A stretch of DNA of 53,631 nt, taken from positions 1-53,631 of IMG/VR virus record IMGVR_UViG_3300031749_000457. One strand, given 5' to 3'. Both the position numbers and the translations under genes were made by a program. This document shows positions 7,865 to 16,436 of the stretch, piece after piece (the first letter of the stretch is position 1; each line of letters begins with the position of its first letter). The notes beneath the pieces were generated by a model. The model had not been told where the DNA came from, did not search any database, and saw only the letters and a program-made list of their open reading frames with translations. This DNA comes from a virus. Taxonomy: Duplodnaviria > Caudoviricetes.

Positions 7865-10800
7865 TGGGATTGCAAGAAAATTGCAGTTTGCTTACAGAAG
7901 GTAAATCTTACGGTGGGCGTAGAGTCTTTGCCTCTGAGAAGTCAATACTGATGTCTACACTTGTAAGGCTGATAGGAAGTTTGAAGGGAAACCTTGACAG
8001 GAAGATGATTAGAGAAGCTGAGGATTCATACAAGGCTTTAAAGGAAGAGTTCAGAGAGGCAATGTTTGGAATACTGTCTGCTTATCAAAATGGCCAGATA
8101 ACAGATGAAGTTCTTGAGCAGATGTGGAGAGGAGAGATAAAGGACGCTTGGGAAAAGGCATATATGTATGGTGTTAGGTCGGTAGGAAATCCATTTGGAA
8201 TCTGGGAAGAAGATAAGAGCTGGATAGCTGGGGCTGAGAGGGAGGAGTTTGGTTATCTCGGGAAATTTGTGGAGGACATAAAGAATAACGAATTGGTGAT
8301 GAGCCTTGAGGACAGGCTCGATATGTATATTGAGACGCTTGATGGAGTGTTTTATCACGGGAAGGTTGATGGGTCGCCTGAGTTTGTAAAGATTCACTGG
8401 ATACTGAGGGAAGCAAAGCACTGCCCAACATGTATTAGATTGGCAGCAGGAAGTCCTTATACAAAGAAGACCCTGCCATGTGTGCCGAAAGATGGAACGA
8501 GTGAATGTATGGTCTCAAAATTTACAAGCATATATACAGATAAAGGGTGGCTACCAATTTATAAGGTTAAGGTTGGCGACTTAGTCCTAACTCATAGAGG
8601 ACGTTTTAGGCGTGTCATTGGAACTTTGAATAATATCCCATTCAAAGATAGACGAGTTACCAAAGATGTTGTTATTGTATTTGTAAAAGTTGATGGTCGC
8701 AAAAGAGAAGTTAGTATCCCTGTAACAGAAGACCATGAATTCTTTATGGCTGATGGAACATGGAAAAAGGCTCATTTGCTGAAACCTGGAGATTGCGTTT
8801 CTATTCTTGGTAAGACGTGTAAATCTTGTGGCAAAACTTTTCCATTTCTTTATAGATGTAAAAAAATAGGAGAAAAAGAATATTGTTCAGCTTGTTGTAA
8901 TGTTCCTGCCAATAGAAAGGTAAAAGAGCTTGTAGCTTCCGGAGCTTTTTCCCCTCAACATAATCGTGGTAAAAAGCTGGAGGATATATTTGGGAAAGAA
9001 AAAGCAGAAGAAATACGAAAGAAGCTTATTGGAAAAAAGGCGTGGAATAAGGGAATTCCATTTGAAGAATTATATGGTGAAAAGGCTATTATCTTGAAAC
9101 AAAAATTTAGTAGTTTGTATAAAGGGCGTAGCCTTGAAGAAAGATTTGGGCAAAAAGCGTTAGAAATAAAAGAAAAGATATCTGGGGCGTCTAAGAATAT
9201 TCCGAGAGAGAAATTATTCGGAGGCATTGAAAATGCTATTAGATTAACAATTGAACGTAATAAAAGTATGAGAGGGAAGAAATATGAGGAACTATATGGA
9301 GAGGAAAGGGCTGCTGAAATTAAAAAGAAGATGATATCTGTTATTTTAAAACAAGGAGTTATAAAAAGGTCTTCTTTGGAGTATTTAATGGAGGGAATTC
9401 TTAATAAACTTCAAATTGATTATAAATGCCAAGAGCAGATAGGTCCTTATGTTGTTGATTTTGTTCTCCCTGAATATGGAATTGTAATAGAATGTGATGG
9501 AGAGTATTGGCATAATAAACCAGGGGTAAAAGAAAAAGACCTTCGTAAAGATGAATATATTAAATCATGCGGGTTTGATGTTATTCGTTTTGGAGAGCGT
9601 GAGATAAGAAATGATATTCAGAGTTGTTATGAAAGACTTGAACGGTTAGTTTCAAATCATGATGGAAGGTTTTTGACTATCCCTGCTGAGGTTGTTCGTA
9701 TAAAAAGAAGAAAACCAATCCGTGGTTCTGTTAAGTATGACCTTACAGTTGAGGAAGACCATAGTTATGTAGCAAAAGGCTTTGTTGTTCACAATTGTCT
9801 TTCCGCCTGCAAGTGTGAGCTTCGTTTTGAATACGCAGATGAGAAGCCAGCGCCTGAAGAGTTTGTGATTAAAGGGCCAAAGGAGCCGTATGTTCCGAAA
9901 GGTTATAGGCTACCAACGGATAAAGAGGCAGATAAATTGGGGGCAATGTATGCTGAGATTGAAAGGCTCCGTGGGTTGATAAATGTAACCAGTGGTGATG
10001 TTAAGAAAGAATTGATTCGACAGCGAAGGGATATTAATGCAGAGATGATTGATTTTATGGAGAGGCACAGGATTTATTGGACGCCTGGGAGTCAGGTTCA
10101 GAAGGTAAAGTTTATTGAGTCGATTGTTGATGAAGTGGAAAAAGAATTTTTACTTGAGGGAGGCCCGGGTTCTGGCCACTGGGGACATAAGGGTAGACCG
10201 GGGATAAGAGGAGGTTCTTTACCGAGTAGTGCTGGTCTTTCTTTAAGCATAGATTATAAAGCGCATATGATTTCTGCTGCAAAAGATTTGAGTAAGTTAT
10301 CTGCTAATGAAAGGTTGGATATTGCAGAGAAAGCTTCTTCTTGGACTCTACGTAGGCTTATTAATGATCCAAAAGATAATATAAGAGCTGTTGTTGCCAA
10401 GAGAATTAAACAAGAAGGTTTAAGATTAATGGTAAATGATGAAAGTGAAGAAGTTAGGGAAATTGTAGCAGCAAGATTAAAAGACTCGAAGTTATTAGAT
10501 AAAATGTCTTCAGATAAAGATCCCTTCGTTAGAGTTGCTGTAGCGAAAAATAAGAATACGAGTCAAGAAACATTAATGAAGTTAATCAATGATAGAAAGG
10601 AAAAAGTTAGGTCTGAAGTTGCTAAAAATTTAGATATTGGAAATTTATCATTAATGATAAAAGACGAGAGTCAAGCAGTAAGAATGGAAGTTGCGAAGAG
10701 AATAGACATGCCTGGATTGTATAAGATGATGCGTGACGAATCTATTTATATCAGGGAAATTGTTGTTAATAGATTAGATTATGAGGGTTTAAAGAAGTTT

Positions 10801-11640
10801 TTAACTAAAGAAAAAGGAGAAGACTTAAGGAAAGTAGCTGAATTAAGAATTAATAGAATAGAGGATTTGACGACTGAATATATAAAAGGGGCAAGAGATT
10901 TTTTAGATGGTAAAACTGATAAGTTGCCACCACTATCAAAAAATGCAGTCGATAAAGTTAAAAGTGATAGTGAATACAGTTCGAGAATGTTTGATGAGGT
11001 TTTCAATGGGACCAAATATGAGGAAATTCACAGACTTTTAAGAGGGCAATGGCTTAGTGATGCGAATAGTAGTGGTGCGGCTATTTTAAGAGATTCTATT
11101 AAAAGGCAGTTTGGTGGAGAGGTATATCATCACGATGATATAAAAGATTTTAATAAAGAAGTTAGGAAATTTTATAAAAGTTTAGGTTTGGGCAGAAAAG
11201 ATGTGGATAAATATGTGAAAACAGTTTATGCGATAACTCAACAGCAGTTGAATGCAGTATTCCCAAATACTGATACTATTGAGCTTTACAGAGGGACTAC
11301 TAATAGTGAGGTGAAAAAAGTTAGTGGTGAGTTTATTGCGAGGCAAAATTGTTTGTCTTCTTGGACTTTTGAAAAAAATGTTGCCTTTAATTTTGCTGCT
11401 AAAGAGAGGGGTGTTGTTGTGAGTGCTACATATAACAAAAAGGATATTTTTTGCACTCATTTACTGTATCATTATGGGGTTGAGAATGAAGCTATGGTAA
11501 TAGCTAAAGGAGGGAAAAAAGTTAAAGTTATTAAAGGCGAATATTTGGTAAAAGAATCAGAAAAGGTTTTACCGATTATTATAATTGACAAGACAGACCT
11601 TGATGGTAATTGGATAAAAAAGGTTAGGGAAGAAAAATAA
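7861..11640 (+). CDS. MuF-like head morphogenesis protein with intein, fused through the GGPGSG motif to HEAT-like repeats and an ADP-ribosyltransferase-like domain
   Basis: IHWILREAKHCPTC...PKDGTSE|CLSACKC (MuF-type Cys motifs after splicing); FLLE-GGPGSGHWGH at 10147-10224; repeats DxxxxVRxxVAxx; IELYRG, LSSWT, VENE catalytic-type motifs. Confidence 0.75.
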   Translation: MMGLQENCSLLTEGKSYGGRRVFASEKSILMSTLVRLIGSLKGNLDRKMIREAEDSYKALKEEFREAMFGILSAYQNGQITDEVLEQMWRGEIKDAWEKAYMYGVRSVGNPFGIWEEDKSWIAGAEREEFGYLGKFVEDIKNNELVMSLEDRLDMYIETLDGVFYHGKVDGSPEFVKIHWILREAKHCPTCIRLAAGSPYTKKTLPCVPKDGTSECMVSKFTSIYTDKGWLPIYKVKVGDLVLTHRGRFRRVIGTLNNIPFKDRRVTKDVVIVFVKVDGRKREVSIPVTEDHEFFMADGTWKKAHLLKPGDCVSILGKTCKSCGKTFPFLYRCKKIGEKEYCSACCNVPANRKVKELVASGAFSPQHNRGKKLEDIFGKEKAEEIRKKLIGKKAWNKGIPFEELYGEKAIILKQKFSSLYKGRSLEERFGQKALEIKEKISGASKNIPREKLFGGIENAIRLTIERNKSMRGKKYEELYGEERAAEIKKKMISVILKQGVIKRSSLEYLMEGILNKLQIDYKCQEQIGPYVVDFVLPEYGIVIECDGEYWHNKPGVKEKDLRKDEYIKSCGFDVIRFGEREIRNDIQSCYERLERLVSNHDGRFLTIPAEVVRIKRRKPIRGSVKYDLTVEEDHSYVAKGFVVHNCLSACKCELRFEYADEKPAPEEFVIKGPKEPYVPKGYRLPTDKEADKLGAMYAEIERLRGLINVTSGDVKKELIRQRRDINAEMIDFMERHRIYWTPGSQVQKVKFIESIVDEVEKEFLLEGGPGSGHWGHKGRPGIRGGSLPSSAGLSLSIDYKAHMISAAKDLSKLSANERLDIAEKASSWTLRRLINDPKDNIRAVVAKRIKQEGLRLMVNDESEEVREIVAARLKDSKLLDKMSSDKDPFVRVAVAKNKNTSQETLMKLINDRKEKVRSEVAKNLDIGNLSLMIKDESQAVRMEVAKRIDMPGLYKMMRDESIYIREIVVNRLDYEGLKKFLTKEKGEDLRKVAELRINRIEDLTTEYIKGARDFLDGKTDKLPPLSKNAVDKVKSDSEYSSRMFDEVFNGTKYEEIHRLLRGQWLSDANSSGAAILRDSIKRQFGGEVYHHDDIKDFNKEVRKFYKSLGLGRKDVDKYVKTVYAITQQQLNAVFPNTDTIELYRGTTNSEVKKVSGEFIARQNCLSSWTFEKNVAFNFAAKERGVVVSATYNKKDIFCTHLLYHYGVENEAMVIAKGGKKVKVIKGEYLVKESEKVLPIIIIDKTDLDGNWIKKVREEK
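8506..9795 (+). mobile_element. Intein (430 aa) carrying a Zn finger, NUMOD3-like repeats and a DUF559/Vsr-like endonuclease
   Basis: Starts CMVSKFTSIYTDKGW, block B VTEDHEFF, ends KYDLTVEEDHSYVAKGFVVHN followed by Cys; VVDFVLPEYGIVIECDGEYWH...KDLRKDEYIKSCGFDVIRF. Confidence 0.88.
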
Positions 11641-11657
11641 ATGAAGATTAGGTTTTT

Positions 11658-12539
11658 ATGCTCACTAACTACACAATTGTAAAAGATATATCCTCTGAGG
11701 TGCTAACTGCGTTATTTGAAGGCGGTCCTGGCAGTGGTCACTGGGGTCATTCGGGAAGGCCTGGTTATGTTGGCGGTTCACTTCCAGGTGGCGTTTTGCC
11801 AGATGGAATTGTTGCCGGAACGAAAGAAGGTAAGGAATGGGTTAAGGCGAACCAAGATAGGTATAACAGTGACAGGGAATTTAGAATATTAGTTGACACT
11901 GTTACTTTATTTACGCAAGGTGTTTATGATAAATTGAGAGCTGCGTCACGCTATGCAGATGAAGGGGAAGAAGGAGTTAAGGCAGAAGGATTTATCGATA
12001 CTGAATGGCTGGATGATAAGCTTGGAAGTGCAGCTTTTCCGCTTTTAAAGATTAAAAATTTTTTTGAAGGGCAGGATGCGAAAAACTCAGATGTTTGTTC
12101 TATTAAGGAAGCTGGGAGAGTATTAAATGAGGCAGTGGATAATTCACCAAAAAGAGAAATTTTGTATCGTGGTGTTTCAGGTTTTTTAGGTAGAAAAACT
12201 ATTGATTCTGTAATAGCGCTTAAGGAGGGAGATGTTTTTAGTATTGTTGGAGTTTCGAGTTTTACTGATAATAGAGATGTTGGAGAAATGTTTATGAGGG
12301 GGAAGGTTCCAGGGATTAAAAAACCAAGTAAACCTCCGCCCATTCAAATTTTATTCATAGCCAAGGGAGCGCCTGGGCTTTCGGTTTCTGCACTGAGTCC
12401 TTATAAGCAAAGTGAGTTTTTGTCGAGGGGAACTTTTAAGGTAGTTGGCAAGAGAGAAAAGGTTGTTCGGGTTTCAAGAGGGAGTTATCGTGAAATCACA
12501 GTTGAGATGGAGTATATTGGGAAGGTTAGTGAAGGTTAA
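11658..12539 (+). CDS. Leader + GGPGSG motif + R-S-E-type ADP-ribosyltransferase (putative virion cargo)
   Basis: Leader MLTNYTIVKDISSEVLTALFE; ILYRGV, VSSFT, YKQSEFL (QxE) then GTFKVV as in VIP2/C3/Alt-type ARTs. Confidence 0.8.
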   Translation: MLTNYTIVKDISSEVLTALFEGGPGSGHWGHSGRPGYVGGSLPGGVLPDGIVAGTKEGKEWVKANQDRYNSDREFRILVDTVTLFTQGVYDKLRAASRYADEGEEGVKAEGFIDTEWLDDKLGSAAFPLLKIKNFFEGQDAKNSDVCSIKEAGRVLNEAVDNSPKREILYRGVSGFLGRKTIDSVIALKEGDVFSIVGVSSFTDNRDVGEMFMRGKVPGIKKPSKPPPIQILFIAKGAPGLSVSALSPYKQSEFLSRGTFKVVGKREKVVRVSRGSYREITVEMEYIGKVSEG

Positions 12540-12540
12540 A

Positions 12541-12744
12541 ATGGGGAAAAAATACAAAAAGAAAAAAGAAGAAGATTGGGTTACTGAATTGTTTAAAGAA
12601 CCCATTTCTGGGCTTTTAAAGAAGAAAAGCCGTTTGCCAGAAGGTAATTTTAATGAAGGCGTATTAGATTATACTGATGGTTCTGTTGAATTAAAGGATT
12701 TAGATAAATTGATAAAGAGTATTGTTTCAAAAGCTTTGGGATAG
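12541..12744 (+). CDS. 67-aa protein directly after the ART gene (possible immunity/partner)
   Basis: ATG 1 nt after the ART stop; C-terminal part of track ORF 12445..12744. Confidence 0.6.
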   Translation: MGKKYKKKKEEDWVTELFKEPISGLLKKKSRLPEGNFNEGVLDYTDGSVELKDLDKLIKSIVSKALG

Positions 12745-12746
12745 GT

Positions 12747-12804
12747 TGATGAATTTACAGAGCTATACACTGATAAAAGATATCTCCTCTGAAGTTTTGA
12801 CTAT
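12747..12804 (+). repeat. 58-bp exact direct repeat, copy 2
   Basis: Identical to 5337-5394. Confidence 0.95.
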
Positions 12805-13084
12805 GCTATTTGAAGGCGGTCCTGGTAGTGGTAATTGGGGGCATAAGGGAAGGCCGGGTATGAGAGGAGGAAGCCTTCCTACAAAGGGCACCTCTATTAT
12901 GAAATCTCTTATTAAAAGTGAAAAAGGAGGAATAAGGATACCAAAAGTCAGCAGTAAGTTATGGAGAGCAGCGAGGACGGCGAGAAATATTGAGGTCGTG
13001 GCTTCTGGAAGTCCGATGAAAATGCTAAAGAGGGCAATAAATATACTTCTCGGAAGGTCAATTGTTAGCAGAATTTACAGATGA
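12749..13084 (+). CDS. Leader + GGPGSG motif + short basic domain (putative internal head protein)
   Basis: MNLQSYTLIKDISSEVLTMLFE-GGPGSGNWGHKGRPGMRGGSLP followed by a Lys/Arg-rich tail; start taken at ATG 12749 by homology to 5339. Confidence 0.75.
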   Translation: MNLQSYTLIKDISSEVLTMLFEGGPGSGNWGHKGRPGMRGGSLPTKGTSIMKSLIKSEKGGIRIPKVSSKLWRAARTARNIEVVASGSPMKMLKRAINILLGRSIVSRIYR

Positions 13085-13097
13085 TGAGGAGGAGAGA

Positions 13098-13298
13098 ATG
13101 ACACAGCAGGTAAAAAGACCCGTAAATAAGGAGTTGAGGTTAAAGAATGCGATTAAGGTTTTGGAGGATGCTGTAAAAGGTGGGTTTCAGGGTAATATAA
13201 CTTTCCCAATAAGGGATGGAGAAGTTGGAATGGCAAAGCTTGAACAGTTTGTGGATTTAGAGAGCCAGTTCCAGCTTCTTGTAGAGAAAGGAACCTGA
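13098..13298 (+). CDS. Small hypothetical protein
   Basis: SD GAGGAGG then ATG 13098; GFQGNITFPIRDGEV. Confidence 0.65.
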   Translation: MTQQVKRPVNKELRLKNAIKVLEDAVKGGFQGNITFPIRDGEVGMAKLEQFVDLESQFQLLVEKGT

Positions 13299-13299
13299 T

Positions 13300-14988
13300 A
13301 TGCCTTATCCAAATTTTCATGCGGCAAGGGTTAGAGACCCTGATGAGTTTATAGAGGGGACGTTCAGAAATGTGAAGATAAGGCCTGGGGTAAATCTAAT
13401 AGCAGGCAAACTGAAGAAGGATGGGAAAGATGGTCCGATGACGGCGCAGTCGTATCATTTTGATAAGTCAAAGTTTACAGTGGACCAAGCCAAGAAGTGG
13501 TTAAGGAAGCACAAGATTAAGACGATACTTTTTGAACCTGCCGAGGAAAAAGAAGTTGAGGAGATGAGTCAGATTGCGAAGGAAATTTATGACGAGCTCT
13601 GCAAAACACCTGGATTGAAGAAAAGAAGTAAGGGCAAGGGTAGGGGGCTTGCTCGTGGGAAAGGAAGAGGACCACTCGGTATCCCATTTGGAGAGGTTAC
13701 GACGACAGCGAATATTGCACCTAATTTTCAGTTTGGTGGTTTTGGAATTGTGAAGAGGAAAAAGAAGAAGGAGATAACAGACCAAAAAGTTATTGCCGTT
13801 TCTTCTCCAGATAGTATGTTTGCTCTTAAGGGAAGTTATGAAGAGCTGGGGGAAAAGATAAGAAGAGCCTTAATTGATAACGACAATTTTGGAAAGTTTC
13901 CAGAGATATTGTTTACTTTTCCAAAGAAGGTCTTTATTAGGCTTGGAGGCCCTGAAGGAGAAAAGTATTTTGAAGTTGAATACAGCCTTGAAGGCGATGA
14001 GGTAAGGCTCGGTGCATCGAGGGAGATTGAGAGGCAGGTTAAGTTCGTGGTTAAGGAGATGGCAGAGGAAGTTAAGGCTTCACTTCTTGGTAGGCTTGAT
14101 GAGAAGAAGTGGAGCAAGGCTTTTATGAATGAGCTTCCTGATTCTTCATTTGCTTATATAGAGCCAGGGGGAGAGAAGGATGAGGAAGGGAAGACGTATC
14201 CAAGATATTTAAGGCATTTCCCTGTAAAGGATAAGGAAGGGAACTGGGACAGAGCACACCTGATAAACGCACTGGCACGGTTGAAGCAGATAGACAAAAA
14301 GACTTCTCCTTGGCTAACGGATGAAGCGAGAAAGAAGATTTTATCAGTGATAAAGGCTGGGTATAAGGCTTTAGAGATGGAATGGCCTGAAGATTTAGAG
14401 GAAATGTTGGGAACAGAGAAAGGAGTGTTTATTAGCAGACTTGCTGAGGAAGTCCTTAGTGATATTTTTGAAGGAGGTCCCGGCAGTGGTCATTGGGGTC
14501 ATGCGGGAAGATCAGGGATGAGGGGAGGTTCAGCTCCAGGAGGTGGGGTTGCTTTCAGGGTTAAAGGTGGATTGCCGAAGTCGCTTGGAGCTGCGGCTCT
14601 GGTAGATTTTGGAAAATACTACACCTCCTCTGGTGGTCTGAAGATTAACGAGTATAAGCAGTTAAGCGATGATATGAAGATGTCTGTCCTTAAGCACGGG
14701 GTTGAGTCTTATAAGGAGCAGTATATCCCAAAGGCACAGCAGGGTGGATTATCAAAAGAAGCAATGGAGTTGAATAAGAAGATTGGAGCGCTTGAAGGTA
14801 TGAGGAGGTCAGCTCTTAAAAAGGCCGAAGGGCTAAGCGGTAAGGAACAAAGGGCAGCATATCATATTGCGGTAAGTTTACAGGAAAGGGCAATGAGGTT
14901 AGCTGGTGAAATGAGGGCAAAGGCTTCTGAGGTTGTTGCTGGGACCGCAGCTACTGTTAGGGCTGCAGAGGCACAGCCAAGAGCTTAG
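13300..14988 (+). CDS. Multi-module putative internal head polyprotein with an internal GGPGSG motif
   Basis: N-terminal PYPNFHAARVRDP module, basic KGKGRGLARGKGRGP segment, WSKAFMNELPDSSFAYIEPGG...HLINALARL module, then SDIFE-GGPGSGHWGHAGRSGMRGGS at 14458-14538. Confidence 0.7.
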   Translation: MPYPNFHAARVRDPDEFIEGTFRNVKIRPGVNLIAGKLKKDGKDGPMTAQSYHFDKSKFTVDQAKKWLRKHKIKTILFEPAEEKEVEEMSQIAKEIYDELCKTPGLKKRSKGKGRGLARGKGRGPLGIPFGEVTTTANIAPNFQFGGFGIVKRKKKKEITDQKVIAVSSPDSMFALKGSYEELGEKIRRALIDNDNFGKFPEILFTFPKKVFIRLGGPEGEKYFEVEYSLEGDEVRLGASREIERQVKFVVKEMAEEVKASLLGRLDEKKWSKAFMNELPDSSFAYIEPGGEKDEEGKTYPRYLRHFPVKDKEGNWDRAHLINALARLKQIDKKTSPWLTDEARKKILSVIKAGYKALEMEWPEDLEEMLGTEKGVFISRLAEEVLSDIFEGGPGSGHWGHAGRSGMRGGSAPGGGVAFRVKGGLPKSLGAAALVDFGKYYTSSGGLKINEYKQLSDDMKMSVLKHGVESYKEQYIPKAQQGGLSKEAMELNKKIGALEGMRRSALKKAEGLSGKEQRAAYHIAVSLQERAMRLAGEMRAKASEVVAGTAATVRAAEAQPRA

Positions 14989-14999
14989 GAGGGTAAAAA

Positions 15000-15122
15000 A
15001 TGAGCATACTTGATGATATTGTGAATTTGATAAAGAGGTCAAATGAGTTTTCAGATGAGGAAAAGAAAGAACTTATAGGAATATGTGAGGATGCTTATAA
15101 CATGGAGATGGAGACAGAGTAA
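15000..15122 (+). CDS. 40-aa acidic protein
   Basis: SD GGAGG; [40 protein letters not shown]; fills the gap to the amidase. Confidence 0.6.
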   Translation: MSILDDIVNLIKRSNEFSDEEKKELIGICEDAYNMEMETE

Positions 15123-15124
15123 AA

Positions 15125-15553
15125 ATGGACTGGTTGTATATAATGATTCATCACAGTTTAACTAAGGACGGTCAAACTGTATCGTGGCAGGCAATAAGAA
15201 GGTATCACACAAAAGAGCTTGGATGGCTGGATATTGGGTATAACTGGGGGGTAGAGCTGGTTAATTCTGAGTATGAGATTTTGGTTGGAAGGCCTTTTGA
15301 TATGCCAGGTGCGCATTGCAAGGAGGCGGAGATGAACAGCAAGGCTCTGTCCATTTGCTTTGTGGGAAACTTCGACGAGGAAGAAGTCCCGCAGGCAATG
15401 TGGGACAAGGGAGTGAGGTTTGTTAAGTCGCTTGTAAGGGTATTCAATATTCCAGTAAGGAATATAGTTGGGCACAGAGATTTCGCTGCTTATAAAACTT
15501 GCCCTGGCAGACTATTTTCAATAGAGAAGTTCAGGATGGAGGTAGCTTTATGA
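15125..15553 (+). CDS. N-acetylmuramoyl-L-alanine amidase (Amidase_2/T7 lysozyme-like endolysin)
   Basis: [38 protein letters not shown] zinc-amidase motifs. Confidence 0.92.
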   Translation: MDWLYIMIHHSLTKDGQTVSWQAIRRYHTKELGWLDIGYNWGVELVNSEYEILVGRPFDMPGAHCKEAEMNSKALSICFVGNFDEEEVPQAMWDKGVRFVKSLVRVFNIPVRNIVGHRDFAAYKTCPGRLFSIEKFRMEVAL

Positions 15554-15924
15554 GGAAGATTGTTTTTATTTTGATGGTTTTGGCTTCTTTATTCATGCCA
15601 GTTTTTGTATTTGGCGAGACAATTGCCTGGGAAAACCCAACTGAATATGTTGATGGGACTCCGCTTTCTGAGCAGGAAAGGGGGCAGTTAAGGACACACC
15701 TGTATTGGTCTTTATCGAGCGGTGGACCGTGGACAGAGTTTGCAGTTGTTGGGAATGGTGCGAACAGCTGGACTGGGAAGCTTCCAGCTTCGAAAGGTGC
15801 GGTTGCCTACTATACGGCGAAGTCTGAACTAAATAGCTTGCTTTCGGACTATGCAGAAGTGGTTAGCTATACAGTCCCTTTCGTTCCGACGAAGAAACCG
15901 GGTGGCCTGACTATATCGCCGTAG
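15550..15924 (+). CDS. Exported protein with signal peptide and fibronectin-III-like beta domain
   Basis: ATGA overlap at 15550; [22 protein letters not shown] then [16 protein letters not shown]...[14 protein letters not shown]. Confidence 0.65.
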   Translation: MRKIVFILMVLASLFMPVFVFGETIAWENPTEYVDGTPLSEQERGQLRTHLYWSLSSGGPWTEFAVVGNGANSWTGKLPASKGAVAYYTAKSELNSLLSDYAEVVSYTVPFVPTKKPGGLTISP

Positions 15925-16058
15925 TGATTGCAATTTTGATGACGATATTGGGAATCATCATGATATTGAAAGGGAAGACAGTATTTGGCTTGATAATTAT
16001 AGGATGTGCAATATTGTTTTTGATAATTTGGTTTTATTTAAGGAAAAAGGCGAGGTGA
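15924..16058 (+). CDS. 44-aa two-TM membrane peptide (holin/antiholin candidate)
   Basis: GTG overlaps previous stop; two hydrophobic stretches and a basic tail RKKAR. Confidence 0.5.
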   Translation: MIAILMTILGIIMILKGKTVFGLIIIGCAILFLIIWFYLRKKAR

Positions 16059-16064
16059 AGTGGT

Positions 16065-16298
16065 ATGGAAGAACAGGAAAGGTATCTCAAGGAGACTCCT
16101 TTTAAGTATGTAATAGCAAGGGGTGCGAAGAAGCTTTTAACGGAGATGACGTCTGTTAAATTTCTCCTGCTTGTCTTTATTGGGATTGGAATATGGCAGA
16201 GGTTTATAAGCGACTCTATTGGACTTGGTGCTGCGCTGGTTGTAGTTGGTTTGAGAGAAATTGATTTCGATGGTTTAGTGCGTAAAGTTAAAGTGTAG
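16065..16298 (+). CDS. Holin-like membrane protein
   Basis: Two hydrophobic segments, basic C-terminus, near endolysin, SD GAGGTG. Confidence 0.55.
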   Translation: MEEQERYLKETPFKYVIARGAKKLLTEMTSVKFLLLVFIGIGIWQRFISDSIGLGAALVVVGLREIDFDGLVRKVKV

Positions 16299-16310
16299 GA
16301 GGATAGATAT

Positions 16311-16436
16311 ATGAGAACTATAATATTAATGGCATTGAGTTTTTTAGCAGGGGTTTATGCTTATAAATATAGAGAAGGCTTGAGGGGATTGGTTAAGAGA
16401 TTGTTTAGAAATGGATTCAATAGAAAGGAAGCTTGA
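16311..16436 (+). CDS. 41-aa membrane-anchored peptide
   Basis: SD AGGAGG; MRTIILMALSFLAGVYAYKY then basic amphipathic tail. Confidence 0.55.
   Translation: MRTIILMALSFLAGVYAYKYREGLRGLVKRLFRNGFNRKEA

Noticed and set aside
5405-14538. GGPGSG motif as a Walker A / adenylate-kinase P-loop
   Set aside because: Lacks the GK[ST] lysine (reads GSGHW or GSGNW), has no preceding beta-strand/ATPase context, and recurs in front of unrelated domains
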